Part shown: piece by piece, positions 1 to 12,777 of the stretch
Numbering within the stretch: position 1 is the first letter of the stretch
Layout: the number at the start of each line of letters is the position of its first letter
Assembly: GCA_038496445.1 (NCBI GenBank)
Contig: JALMLS010000135.1
Location: 1-32,413, forward strand
DNA: 32,413 nt
Reading direction: 5' to 3'
DNA from: Trichosphaerium sp. ATCC 40318
Taxonomy: Eukaryota > Protista > Tubulinea
The notes under the pieces: model-generated
Told to the model about the DNA's origin: nothing
Seen by the model: the letters and a program-made list of their open reading frames with translations, nothing else
Database searches by the model: none
Translations under genes and position numbers: made by a program

Positions 1-107
1 GCATAACATAGCGAAATATTTTCCTGTATGATTAATCAGCTTAAATCTAATACGTACGCGTCAATAAACGCCAAGAGTATGACATTACCTTGGGTGGAGG
101 ATTCCAT
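1..107 (-). CDS. 5' end of a putative spliced gene running off the window (MESSTQ|GKYFAMLC...)
   Basis: ATG at 107, 19-nt exon, GTAATG donor at 88, CAG acceptor at 24, open frame to the window edge. Too short to assign a product. Confidence 0.3.
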
Positions 108-338
108 ATAATCTTACAACATTTTTTTGTAGCACCCATTCTTTCACTACGCGGTATGAAAAGCGCGTAAACTCGAACAACCTCTACTGTAATCTACAAA
201 AAAACAGACAAACTGTTGTTGACCGACATGAACGCGCCGTCACGTGAATAACAAATTGGTTAATATTAGTTCCTCGGTTACCTCAGCTGTGATATTACCG
301 TCTGTTTGGAGGGTTTTGTAGACTTTCCTTTTTTTTCA

Positions 339-2228
339 ATGCAAAACCACACAGTATTGAATACCATTGGCAGCGTAAGCGATATGGATGAATTAGCTCT
401 TACGAGACGGCCTCACAAGCGCTTGGTTACGCGTTCAGGTCAATTGCATTATAAACACACAGGAATACGAACATTCGAGCTCTTGAAGTACGATAGCGTT
501 TATAAACGTAGTATCTAACGGTGATAAAGTGCAACAGCATGGTATACTCTTTTAGACCTATGGTGGCCATATTTGATTGGTGTTGTCACTATGCTGTATG
601 TATTGAGCTTATTCAATTACATATCTTATTTTTTGATAGCTATTTCACAATAGCGTTACTGTTCGCTGCGGTTTACTCCATTGATAAAGAGGGTATAGGC
701 ATTGCGTGCGTAGAAAAACCAATTTTACATTTTCAACTCATCACGCTCTACAGCCAAGAAAAGCAAAATTTCGGAAGCACAACGTTTGGAGAAGCTTTTT
801 CTTCTCTTTTCAAACAATAAGTACAATCGGTAAGCCCATATTTCGCATGTCGATGTTTGAACCCGAAAATGTCAAAAAAGAATATCGTGTAGGCCTTCTT
901 TAAACCTAAATTGTATCAGGATACGGAGGATTATATCCAAAGAGCCTATTTGTGAACATTGTAGCTACTATAGAGGCATACGTAGGTCTATTATCGTTTG
1001 GCATGCTTGTCGCTCTTGTTTTTGAAAAAATGTCTCGTGCCAAGTACGTTTAGCTCGATAACTGTCCTTGATGGTATAACCATCATAAAATTCCTTATTT
1101 ATGCTATCTGGAAACCCATTGGTGCTTTTTGTAGAGTGTTGTTTATTGAAAAACTTAAAAGTTGATCAACTTTTTTGTTTTTTTTGTTTTAACTGTTGCT
1201 TATATGTCTTTTAGTCGCTTACGTCATACTATTAAATGGAGTAACATCGCTTGTATAAACAACAATCAAAAATACTGGGAAGGTACGTAGTGTCAATGTC
1301 AAACTTGTTTACTTTGATAAACTATATCACTTTTTTTTTTTCTCTTTTATAAAAGATGAAAGGTGTCGAGTCGGAAGCCGATGGTGACTATAAAACAGAA
1401 GGCCAATCATGTTTGACATTTAGATTTGTAAATATGCGAAAGAGGTACATTAGGATGCTTGTTTGGTTATACTTAATGTGTAAACTAGACAAATTTGTGA
1501 AACTGATTTTAACCTCCTACTCATGCGTAAAGGTACTTGAAAGCGTCTTTTCTTGTATAAACTTTATAGCTTGTTTTCTCACAATTGAACATTATGTCAC
1601 GTGATTGTTCTTTGTTATGGCTTCATCAACTTACAAACTTTATCCTAGCAACTTCAGGAGGCTTTGGAAAGCGATATGAACTCATTGAACTACGTACGTT
1701 AAGATAGAACTTGTAACTATTTGGCTAAATGTTGCTAGCATATGAACTAAATATTCAAAACCACAGAGTTCGGTTGACAGATATGGCTATACCACTATTA
1801 GTACGCTTTCCTATACTTCGATACCTAATGAATGCGCTTTAAACAATGGACAGTGATCGCAAAAGTTGCTTGTGATAGAAACTTTTTTCTTTTTTCGCAT
1901 TTTTCTTGTGCTTTCTTTTTCCTTTCTAATATTTTATTTTCCAAAGCCACTACCGTGGCAAGTTGTCCATGTTATTGATGAGAAAAGTCCTTTGTTTAAT
2001 AAAACAATGGACGCTTTAGAAGCTGAGGAAACTGAAATTATTGGTGTGTTTGATGGTATTGATGAACTAAGTTCTAATAACTTTCAATCTCGTTGGAGCT
2101 ATTTGCCAAGTGAGATAAGACTTGGGCATGATTTTGAGCCAATGACCAGACGTGATGATAAGGGTACACTTGTGATTGAAGTTGATAAAGTATCAAGTAC
2201 GTTTTTCGTTTGTTTAGGCGCCCCTTAA
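339..2228 (+). CDS. Inward-rectifier potassium channel (Kir/KirBac family), multi-exon
   Basis: Spliced reading gives WYTLLDLWWPYLIG (slide helix), M1 YFTIALLFAAVY, pore AFFFSFQTISTIG|YGGLYP with intron 830-919 splitting TIGYG, M2 IEAYVGLLSFGMLVALVFEKMSR, and cytoplasmic motifs CLTFRFVNMRK, VVHVIDEKSPLF, EIIGVFDGIDE, QSRWSYLPSEIRLGHDFEPM. One extra T is needed in the run at 796-800 to keep frame. Exons at about 1450-1950 and the exact 3' end are not resolved. Confidence 0.92.
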
Positions 2229-2468
2229 ATTATAATGCCTCGCCACTAAACAAAAACTGTGAGCACTCTTGTGGTCTAAGAAATGCAGCTCTCAGTTTTC
2301 TTCTTTTTTGCCGAATAGAGGCGTTAATATATTTTTCTTTAAGGACACTCACGTGTAGTTCATGGCGTTAATTCTTAATCAGATTTATATAAATAACCAC
2401 TGGATATAGTATGTACAAAGAAAAAAACCAAAGAAAAATTATCAGAATTTTTTATTAAATAAAGTTTA

Positions 2469-4241
2469 TCAAAGAGACTTCACCTGAAAGCTCAATTTTG
2501 TGAGAAGTTCTATAACCAGGTATAAGTAAAAAAGCTTTAAAGGGTATAAAGTAACATAGTAGGTGCTGTACCTGTTCTAGATGTCATCTCCTTGGCTAGT
2601 TTGTGTGCTCTTGTTTCAATGAATTATTTTGTTTTTGCAATGCATTAAAACGCCTTTCAAGTTCATCAAGTCTTTGTTCAATACCTGATTTTCCTTTTGC
2701 AGCAGATTTTATATCATCAAATACTTGTTTTGTTGATAGATTTGATAGATCTTCCTTTGATACCTTCAATTATTAAATCAAAGTCAGTCATGTGATTTTG
2801 GGAATTTATTTTTGGGCTTCACGCACCTCCTGAAGGTTAAAGGTATCTTGTTTAGGCCTAAAAGCATTGAAGTAAGAAAAAGCTTTATATTACTTAATAC
2901 TACGCACTGTTCAGTCAAAACTGGAGTTACATCAAACATCATACTCTGTGGCCTGGAATGAAACATTAACGAAAGTCTTTTTGGATTATTTTTTTATCCA
3001 CCTGTGGTTACCAATGCCAAGTTTTGGTTTTGGTGGTCTCTCATGAAAGGATGCACGTCTAGGTCTAAATTGTTTTTGTGGAGCCTTTCCGTTTGACTTC
3101 TTGACAAGCGGCCTAAGCACTAGTTAGTTGACTAAACCGTTTCTTTTATTTGATATTTTGGACGTGCCTAATGTCTGCGTTTGGCACTGTTTCAGTGTAT
3201 CGTGTCCTGGCCGCTTTCGATCTCGCTCTAACAGCGCCATTTTTGTCAGAGAGAGTAACAGCAATCACTGTAAATATTGAGTCAATACAGTAACTTAAAT
3301 GAAGGTGTGACACGTGCCAAATTCAATTGATTTTTTATTTTGTTTAATCACTATAAACAATGTTAGTCCTCTATTAAAGGCGGTATGTGTGAGTACCCTC
3401 GTCAGATGATTTTTTCATAGCGGCCATTAGGTACTCGATATTTTTGGATCGAACTGCAGGAGACCCACTTCGCATGGATACTTTCAAGTTTGGTAAAATT
3501 GCTTCGATTGTCGAACGTGCTACTATCTCCTGTAAAGCGCCATGCGCCGAATCGCTTACTAATCGCACTACAGTCATTTATTAGCATTACTTCCTTTCTC
3601 CTTATACTTCTTACCTGCATTTCCGAGCTGTTTTGATAACGGAGGAAAAAAGAATTCAATACAAAGCGAGTTATACTCAGGTTCTTCAACCTACACAGAA
3701 ATAAAAAAGTTGGTATGTTTTTTATGCATTTTGGTGAATACGTAAAAAGTTTTTCTGTATTTGTTTCTAAGCTTATCGACTAATACTAACAACCTACCAA
3801 CTGCTTGACAAGTTTCGTAGCGGCTAAAGGGAAAAAAACAGTTATTAATGCAGAGTGAAGAAACTCCTTTCAAAAAAAAAAAAAAAACACGTGATAACTC
3901 ATTTGTACGTACAAACAACGACCTTTCCTCGTATATCCGAACAACACTATCAAAAAATTAGTGTAACACACAATTTTATACTAACTCACCTTTGCGATAG
4001 CAGGAGCTAACTCTGCGAGGTCCATTTTGCGTAATTTAACACCTAAGACATTAAGAAAACGTAAATTAATTAAACTTGATGAAAACAGCGAACCTGTTAG
4101 TTTCTTTAGCCCCACAAGTCTTTTCTCCCAGTCTACATGCTCTAGCTCTTCTTTTATTGTTTTGAGTTGCGCACGTGTCGCTACACTACTCCTTCTTCTA
4201 GAAGTACGCAAGCCTGTTTTCGCTGGAGGTCTTGACGTCAT
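2469..4241 (-). CDS. CLASP_N/TOG (HEAT-like) domain protein with low-complexity C-terminal region
   Basis: Spliced reading: DWEKRLVGLKKL, SDIRGKVVVSATKLVKQL, FFPPLSKQLGNAVRLVSDSAHGALQEIV, SPAVRSKNIEYL, SDKNGAVRARSK, matching the CLASP_N pattern (DWxxR...DLRSxVV...VR..EYL...SDxxxxVR). Last exons and the TGA at 2471-2469 are tentative. Confidence 0.72.
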
Positions 4242-4811
4242 TTGGGTTATTTAGATTGGTTCACTTGAAACATACTTAATAAACGCAAAATCATGACATC
4301 ATGAGCAGCATGCTTTTTAGTGTGTAACTACTAATAAGCAACTTTATTTATTCCTTTAGTGTAGATACAAAGCAGGTTCATATGGTTTACAGTTTTAATG
4401 TACATTACTTCTTGCACAATCGAGTTCACAATAGTTACTCCAAGTTCCCTGGGTGGTTATGTTTATCGCGTATTGTGCCAAGAATGAAATAAGCTCACAG
4501 TTTAAAACTTAAGAAGTGTTGTAACAAAAAAAACAATTGAAACATGTTTGTGACTTGTCCCTAAGGTTTCTAGCAAAGCAGATAATGTTGTGTGACGTGC
4601 AAGTTATGCCAAACTCCTGCAATGAGCAGTGACGTTACCCTTTTTTTTGTTCGTACATGTTTCAATTTCGTAAACTCGAAAGAAGTTTCTGTGTTACTAA
4701 AATTTACAAAATCACGTGATGTTTTTGCAGCTCCAAAAAGTGAATTTATTTGTGTCTTTTTTTAAAGGAACCTTCACACTAAGGCTGTCTTTTTGATGTA
4801 TCCTGAAGATC

Positions 4812-5225
4812 TCATCGCTGTTTTTTCTTGGAGGCAGGATCGCGCAAAGTAAACAATGCGTACACATAAGCAATGGCAAGTAAAAGATCAGTTACACCAA
4901 CGTAAAATGCAGTCTCTGTAACAATGCCGTTATCATAAGCTGTTTTTAAGCATAAGAAAGCGAGAGTTTTCCCTACAATGCCAGCAATGATAGCTGCACG
5001 CTGGTTGTCGTATAATCCAGCGAGTAAGTAGCCGATAGCGTATCCCAGAACCAATTTATAGACGAAATCTGCTAGATAGGCACAAACAGGGTCCTCTACG
5101 CATTGCTTGGCATATTTTGGCTTCATAAGAAGGTTTGCAGCGTACTCTGGGTCAAAAATACCAGGAAGGCATGCAGAGAATGCGTGGAATGCGCCAATGA
5201 GTAGAATTATAGAGCCAATGTTCAT
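4812..5225 (-). CDS. Small intronless multi-pass membrane protein, unknown function
   Basis: Open frame from ATG 5225 (MNIGSIILL...) with about four hydrophobic segments and a basic tail KKKQR. No family recognised. Confidence 0.65.
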   Translation of the reverse strand: MNIGSIILLIGAFHAFSACLPGIFDPEYAANLLMKPKYAKQCVEDPVCAYLADFVYKLVLGYAIGYLLAGLYDNQRAAIIAGIVGKTLAFLCLKTAYDNGIVTETAFYVGVTDLLLAIAYVYALFTLRDPASKKKQR

Positions 5226-6201
5226 CGTGGCTTGAAACAAAATAATTAAAGAATCAAAAGTTTGTGAGACTCAGTTTTTGCTTGTCAAAATCTAACAATT
5301 TGGTGAGTTTGGAGCATATCCAGTTTGTGTTTTTAGTAGACTTTGAGCTCGCACTCTACCACCATTTTCAGTATGCTATGCTGTTGTCATCAACGGTTAC
5401 AAGTAAATACGTTGAACATTTATAACATATGGGACAATGTCACCTGGCATCTTATGGTCAAAGCAACCCAATAATGTGTTATCGCATATATTGCTCTAAA
5501 CAACAACTCATGTCTAGACCAGACAATACCGTCATGTGAATCTTATCCAGTAATAGACTGTTGGCTTAACTGTACAACCATCTAAACTTGGACTTGTAGA
5601 AAGTGATTCAGAGGGTATTCTTTAATGGGTTTATAATGCTGCAGGAGTTGGTTCTTTTATACTTGTAGTAATTATTGTTGCTATCATCATTTTCGTATAC
5701 TGCTGTGGTGGAAAAGATGATAACACTACTTCACAATAAAATGATGTAAGTTCTATCAAACAACATAGTACTTCCCTTGGTGAAATCAAATGAAATGTGT
5801 TTCGGTTATCCGTTTTAATACTTCAATATTCAGCGTACAGCACTACTAGTAATGTGACGAGATGTTGTAACGCTTGGGAGTTAAATCTGTTTGTGAACTT
5901 GTTACAAGACTCTACAACAAGCGTTTAAGAAAGAGGAGCGAGAACTTCGAGATAGGATTCACGAATTCTTTACAAATCACAGAAGTATGTTATGACAAAT
6001 CTGACTGGACTTGTGGTATTTTATTATATTTGCCGCTTTGATGTAGTAAACTAGTAGTGGTACGTGGTTGCGAAAAAATTGAGTGCTTATAATATTGCGT
6101 GTTCAAGGTAGACTTTTGCAATGTACTGATGTGCAAGAAAAACTTTCACACGTGTAATAGTTAATTTTAACTTTTTATAGAAGTACACAATTACTGTTTG
6201 G

Positions 6202-7212
6202 TTATAAGGATGCCGCCCATATCACTGAGTCTAAGCAGACGTAAAAATCGAATGAAGGAATCTCCACGTTAAAATGTTGCCCGCTATGAGTCCAAATCCA
6301 TTCAACATTAAATGGTGTAGATAACACATCTCGTACTTCATCCCTAACGGCCCACCATTTTTCTAACTCGGTGTATCTTATTTTATATCTCCACTGACGC
6401 CCTTTTTTTCGTGAATCAAGCATGTGCACCCATCTAAGTAAATTGAATAAGAAGAATGAACAAAAACAGACGGTCAACAATAAAAAATGAACTTCTCTTC
6501 CTACCTGGCCAGTGACCTATACGTGCTATATTCGCATGTGGGTTTTTTGAACTTCCTAGACGTGAACAGAGACATTCCAAGCATGAATTGTTCATGATTT
6601 CTACATAAATGAGCACGTGCAAAAGCAGTATTTACAAAAAAGTGAAATTGTATGGTTGTTTGCCAGGGTTGCCCTGCTCTACCAGGGCACAACCCTGAAC
6701 AAAAATGCTGAGGCTGCAGAAAGCAAACTTGGCGTACGTTACTAGAAAAACATTTGATTCTTGTGTCGGTTTTACGCCAATTCAAAGGTGTGTAGTCAGG
6801 CAAAGAGCGAAAAGAATAGGCCCTTGTATTAGTACCAAAATACCTGTTTAAAGAAGGTTCATAACGTAGTGTGAATAACTCTATGGGATACTACAAATAT
6901 TTAGTGAACACGTGCGTAAAGTATTACAGAATATATCTAGTTTATTCAGCAGGCTACACCACACAAATGCGGCGTAAAATCCTAAAACAAGCGCAAGGAA
7001 AATGTGCTCAGTTTTTTTCACCTCTCGCAAAAGACAGAAAAGTGCGGATTTTTAAATGAACGTACAGCGCGCTTGGGTGGTTGCTCCGGTGTCTTTTTTT
7101 TTCTAGTTATTGTAGATGTCGAATGCTTCATGTAACAGCTTAGGCTAGGTACATTTAACCTACTTGTAGATATAATTGTAACCAATTTTTTGGTATGGCT
7201 GTTGATGTGCAT
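6202..7212 (-). CDS. Hypothetical spliced protein
   Basis: Phase-compatible GT-AG join of ...EYSTYRSLAR to WVHMLDSRKKGRQWRYKIRY...VIWAASL*, plus further upstream exons near 6740-6845. The 5' end is uncertain and no family was recognised. Confidence 0.42.
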
Positions 7213-9655
7213 CGCAGCTAGTGTTTTGTTTTTTGAATGTAATTTTTAGTTCACTGTTCTATTAAAATAGAAATGTTCAACGTGATTCAGTTCAACGGGT
7301 TGAAACCGTAATACAGTCGAAGTATGAATACCTAAATTAATGTTACGGTATTTTCTGGTATTACAAGAAGTACTGGACAAAAAAAAAATCCACACAAATG
7401 AGAAGTGACGGTTTTTTGTCGTTAGCTGCACCTACTTTCTCCAATTTATAATTTCGTTCGTACCTAGACTTACAGAGGCAATAAATACTTGTACACGGAG
7501 TAACTAATTCTCCCTATCACCATACAAGCCATAGTGATATGTGATTGTAAAATCGGCTAAAAAAATATCCGTCGGAGATATATAGACGATCGTCAGTTGC
7601 TATTGTTAGGTGTACTACGACAATGCTAAGCATACAAGATTTTTCCATACGTGTACTTTATATTTGGTATAGCCTTAGCGTAATCTGTTAAATCTAAACC
7701 CTCCAATAAGTTTCTAAAGTTAAACCCTAAGGTTTGTGATGTTTGTGATTGTGTGTTTCGGAAAGTTTCTTTTTGGAGCGGTTAAACCTGATTTTCAAAC
7801 GCCATTTTTATAATTTTAATAAAAAAGGGGTTCTACTACATCCCTTTCGAAAAGAAATTATAATTTTCAGCGTAGTTGGTGTTGTTTAAAACTCTAGAAA
7901 AAAACCAAAAATATTGAGAAGTAAAACTAACTAGTATTCCTGTTGATGTATATCAACACATAGCGGTACAATAAAGTAATCCGGTTTCATTCACCCATTC
8001 AATAATTTATCAATAGACAGTGACGAGCAAACGCGTGAGTACACCTACAATATACTTGTAAAAAAAGCAGAAGTCTTTGTGGTCACAAATATTTTTTACT
8101 AAAGGTCCGATACATTTTTCCGTTATTCGTGTTTTCGTATATTCTGAATTTGACGTACTATGACGTATTGCAGCAGAGCCAATGTTTTGATGGGAGTGGT
8201 CTGTTTATCTATCAAAGTTGTAAGAAAGTTCACTGACACGTGTTTGATATTTTTTTCAGTTTCATGAAAAAATATCATAGAGCAAACTATTTATGTTGCG
8301 CTTTCTGTGGGGCGTGTTGTTAGGATTTAAACCAAACTCGATAGCCTACAATAAAATATAAGACATTCATCTGATGGCTAATAATGCGTCCACACTAAAA
8401 AGATCGAAAAAAGAGGTTGTTTAGCTTTATAAACGAATTAACATGACGGTTCACCTAAAAAGTAAGGATCCGTTGTTCTGATCCTGAAAACGGTAAAACC
8501 TAGTTTACCCGGTAAGGGTAAACCAATTGATCCGAATAGTTTGAAAACCATTTTCGAACTTTAGACGTTCGTTCAACTAAAAATACAAAAGGCAAGAAGG
8601 TTGTGACATAAGAACACAATTGTAGTTAAAAAACTAGTACCAATAAATGAGCTTTCGACTTTAAAACAAACTCAGCATCAGCTACAATAGCCTTAAGTAA
8701 AAAGACTTTTTGGTTAACAGTTTTTTAGACATACCTTGTAATAGGTGTAGCTGCCTGACAAAGAATAAGATGAACGGTCAGAACGGAAGTAAACAAATCC
8801 AAGTTCCGTTATCATTAGATGTCAAGGAAACTAAAAATTGACTGACGATACACTTGTTAAAAGGATAAATAACAAGGCAGTAAGAATCCATCCACTAAAA
8901 CAAGAAATTATTGTACTAGCGACTGTTGACAAAAATAAAGTTGGTGTCTTGTGCGTTGCGTTAAAGATACTTCGATGGGTGCTCCTACCTATTTGCAAAA
9001 CTAGAACAAAATTAGGCTAGAATTGAATACCAATAGAATAAAAACACGTGTCACGCGTCGTAAAGATAAAATTAGAGCTTTAAAAAAATCGTTACAGTTT
9101 TTAATTAACACATAAGTTTAATAGGTTTAGTAGACAACGTTCGTACCCCTACTGTAAAGCGTTATTGTTAAAATCTAAGTTGGCGTTGTAGATAGACTAA
9201 AAAATTAATTAAGAGATGAGTACAGGTAACCATAAATACCTCAATCTTTTTACACATACCGATGGGCTTCAACTCGATATTAGCACGTTGACTTTCATTT
9301 AAAACTGGGACATTTTTATTTGGGCTAAGAACTTTTGTAATGAATACCTTACGCCCACAGAGAACTGCAAAGTAAATGATTGCTGAAAAGAAAAGTTTGT
9401 ACAAGAGCATAAAATTATGAGTTTTCTTAGGGACGTTGGTCAGCACCATCCTGTAAAATCACGTGATAGATTCTGAAAATGTTAACGCTGTGCAAGCTAG
9501 AAATCAGAAAGTAATACTTATAGAGTAAGAACGTATAAGCAAAAAGATACTTGGTATTTCTTTTTGTAAACTTCCACCAAAGAAACAAAATCGAAACCGA
9601 TGATAACCTCAATACGATTTATTTAAATAATTTTCTTATAGTACTGAAGAGTACT

Positions 9656-11120
9656 TTATCTACAAGGTAAACACATTTCGTTGACATTATATCTCTCTTT
9701 GCAAGGTCCATCAGCATGGTCGTATCCATTAAAACATTCATGGTAACAAGGATAAGCACTATACCATCTATGACATTTATCCCACATAACAAAAGGTATT
9801 TTACCGGCCATCCCTTGTGCTGCATAACCAAATGTGCTCCAAAGAGTTAGTAAAAGTGTATCTGAACTAGATAGTAAGTAAAGATCTACAATGGCTCCAG
9901 CACAACCTTATAAAAAGGTTAGAACGCGCCATGTACATAGCAAACACGTGCCTCCATGTTTTTGTTTGTATTCCTTTCTAAAGGTAATGGCATGATCAGG
10001 ATATCTTTCTTCCCATTTTTGTTTTAGTTTATTTGAGTCTGAAGCTAAAAACCACTTTACTCTCATTCCTTTAGGAAGAGAATCCTCTATCTTTTCTGTA
10101 ATATCTCTTGCAACTTTATGAAATCTTTTTTCATATCCTTCTGGTATCTCACGTTCTTTTGTTCTGAAATGAATCCCTATAACATAATTTTTCTCAAAAT
10201 ATTCTTGTTTGAATTCTTCAATGTCTTTTTGTATCCAAGGTACAGGTACCAACATCTTTTTTGTTATTTGATGGAACACATCTTTATGCGTTCCAAACGT
10301 GTCATAGAATATTTTTCTCATTGTTGGCTGTGCAAGAATGCCCTGTAGAATATACTGATTTCCTGACATTCCAATCACTTTTTTTGAAAGCAAATCAACT
10401 TCAGCGTTGTTACAGTAGTATACCCAGTGCCAATCTATCTGCGTGAAAGGCAGATATGTAACATATGTGTTATTAAGAAAACCAGCTGTAGCTTTATAAT
10501 CTCGATCATAATCAACACCTTCGAGGTTAGACGAGAAAAACTCACCTTGAATATAAGTACATACTTCAATAAAAAACTGTGCTTGATCATAAGGTTTGAT
10601 AATAAAAGCACGCTGTGTAAGAACAGCAACGGTAAACGCGCTTACAAAAGCCTCGAAGTTATTACCAAATCCAGCATGTGTATTACTATACAATAAGAAT
10701 TTTGATGAAGGTAATGAAGGATTCTTAATGGCAGGCAAATGATATTTTTCTACCCACGTGTTTAAAGCGTCAGTAATATCAATACTTAAATCTGGTTCCT
10801 GAGATACAAGTTTAGCCCTTTTTAGAGTAGAGTCATTTAGGAAAGGTGGGCAATAGTCTATAGAAGGCGTTGGGGGTTTTTTGACGTCAATAGGTTGTTT
10901 TTCAGCCTCGTAGAATTTGTATGTGCGTAATGATCTTGCTGTTGAAGGAAGTGATATGATAAGGTATAAAAGACTTAAAACAACCAAGAGGCTGTTCGTA
11001 TAGATTAGTTTACGCGTATGAAAGCGATATAATGACGTACCAGAATAATTTAAAAGTAGTACTGTACTTATTTTTTACAGGTTTCTGTTTTATGTTCTCG
11101 CACGTGCGTGTATCATCCAT
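9656..11120 (-). CDS. Type II membrane fucosyltransferase, GT37 (plant xyloglucan FUT-like) or related GT-B fucosyltransferase
   Basis: ATG 11120, short cytosolic tail plus TM anchor, GFGNNFEAFVSAFTVAVLTQRAFII, motif I IGIHFR, motif II WFLASDS. A final exon absent from the ORF track (9906-9656) gives AIVDLYLLSSSDTLLLTLWSTFGYAAQGMAG, matching GT37 motif III (WSTFGYVAQGLGG), then a Cys-rich tail and TAA. Confidence 0.85.
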
Positions 11121-11287
11121 TCGCTATTCGGTAAATGATTTGTACCTGAGAATAACTACCGTGTTGTCACGCAGTCAATACTAGTCAGATTTCTTTGGAC
11201 AAATTAGCGCTAACGCCAGGCCACTTCAATGCTGACTTTGTTTCTAGCACGACTTAAATGTTTTTAGAATTTCAGAGCTAAAACAAG

Positions 11288-11769
11288 ATGAGCGTTTCTA
11301 GAGAGTCAGATGCTAACCCTGCTGATGATTGGTTAAAGCAACAGCAAGCAAAGAAAGCAGCTGAAGCGCGTAAAAAGAATGAGTACTACGATGCGCTAGC
11401 AGGTCGTGATGGTATGTGAATCGGCGATTACATGTAGTGTAACGCAATTTCACTTAGGTACAACTGAAAAGCGTCAAACTGACCAAAAAGCCGTTGAATC
11501 GAATCAACTAGCGCTCTTACAACAATTCCATCGCGTACAGTACGTTTTAAACGAAGCAACAGGCAATCCGTTTTATCTTTCGTTAAATCGCCGTAAAGAT
11601 TGTTCTACGCGTATATACAACTAATTACAATGGCCTTTCTGTTTGTTACGCTCCTTAAAACTATAGCTCACAATATGCCTACAGGGGAGACTTTCAGGCT
11701 GGTTTCTTAACACAGCAACAGTATGACGCTAAACTACACCAGCTTAAGGTTCACGGCTTAGAAATGTAG
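11288..11769 (+). CDS. 96-aa three-exon protein with C-terminal SHOCT-like segment
   Basis: Exons 11288-11411, 11458-11539 and 11685-11769 join in frame through canonical GT-AG introns. Ends FQAGFLTQQQYDAKLHQL, resembling the SHOCT pattern G.IT.EEY..KK..L. Confidence 0.7.
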
Positions 11770-12777
11770 CCAATAACAATTACACTGAGAGCGCTGTCTT
11801 ACATTCGTAGCACGACACTTATCAGTGTCATGTAGCTACGTAATATCAAATAAACATTTGATTAAACTTAAGGGGAATCTTAAGAATCCTTCTCGCAGTA
11901 GTGGAATTGAACATGCTGGATTAGCGATAGTGGTTTTTTTTTTTTTTAATGTTTAATGAGTTCCCCTTGCTCCTCGCATCGGCCACCATTACTGTTCAAT
12001 ACGAAAAATCATAGCTTCACATTACAGGTTGTACTGTTGTGAGAACTGATAGGTATCCTCTTTACAGTATAGATTGGAGTATAGATTGTTTACAGGTCTA
12101 CAGCATAAAATGGAATGTTTTGTATTTATGGCTTCCGCTTTTGAAACTGCAACACGCTGTATGCATATACATTTGCAATATAAGCGCAATGCTACCATAT
12201 TCTATACTGATCATTTAAGAACTTTCTATAGTAATGTGCCAATATACTAATCTTGACACCAACCTGGAGCCAACAAGTTGTAAACTCATATACAAAAAAC
12301 ACGATTTCATTTCGATATTTTTGCAACCCGGAATAATACCATGACTAACTCTTCTAGTACATAGGACAGAATATGTGGCTGTTGTATTAAGTGCTAGTCG
12401 ATTACATTGAAAATAGCGTGTAAAGCTTACAATAAGCAAGCTTGGCTTAATCATAAACATATTATAAATTACAAAAAACAGCTTCTCCTCCTTGCGAAAC
12501 ATACTGTATATACTTCACAAACGTTTTTTAACTGTGATTAGTAATTTAAGTACATATGGTACGTAAAACACAAGCAAAACCACTACATGCTATTGTAATT
12601 AGCCAGTAAGGGTAAATTCGTGACACCATTCTCATTTTGGGGAGTTTTTTTGAGCTTTTTCTTCGAATTCTGTAACAATCTTCTTGTAGCGCACAGAGCA
12701 ACCTTTCGTTCATGATTATACGTAATCACGCTAATTTTTTATAGTCTAGTGCAAAGCATAAAAATGTAGACTGTAAA

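Noticed and set aside
5430-5740. Cys-containing segment followed by a TM-like stretch (GSFILVVIIVAIIIFVYCCGG)
   Set aside because: Interrupted by stops and no consistent splice model was found. It may be a remnant but is not supportable.
8374-8480. MANNASTLKRSKKEVV*LYKRI, a LYR-like motif with an in-frame TAG hinting at stop-codon reassignment
   Set aside because: TAG, TAA and TGA all terminate well-supported genes in this window, and the similarity is too short.
7430-9620. Short ORFs on both strands in a gene-poor stretch
   Set aside because: Low-complexity AT-rich translations with no coherent exon chain. No RNA gene or terminal repeats were recognised.
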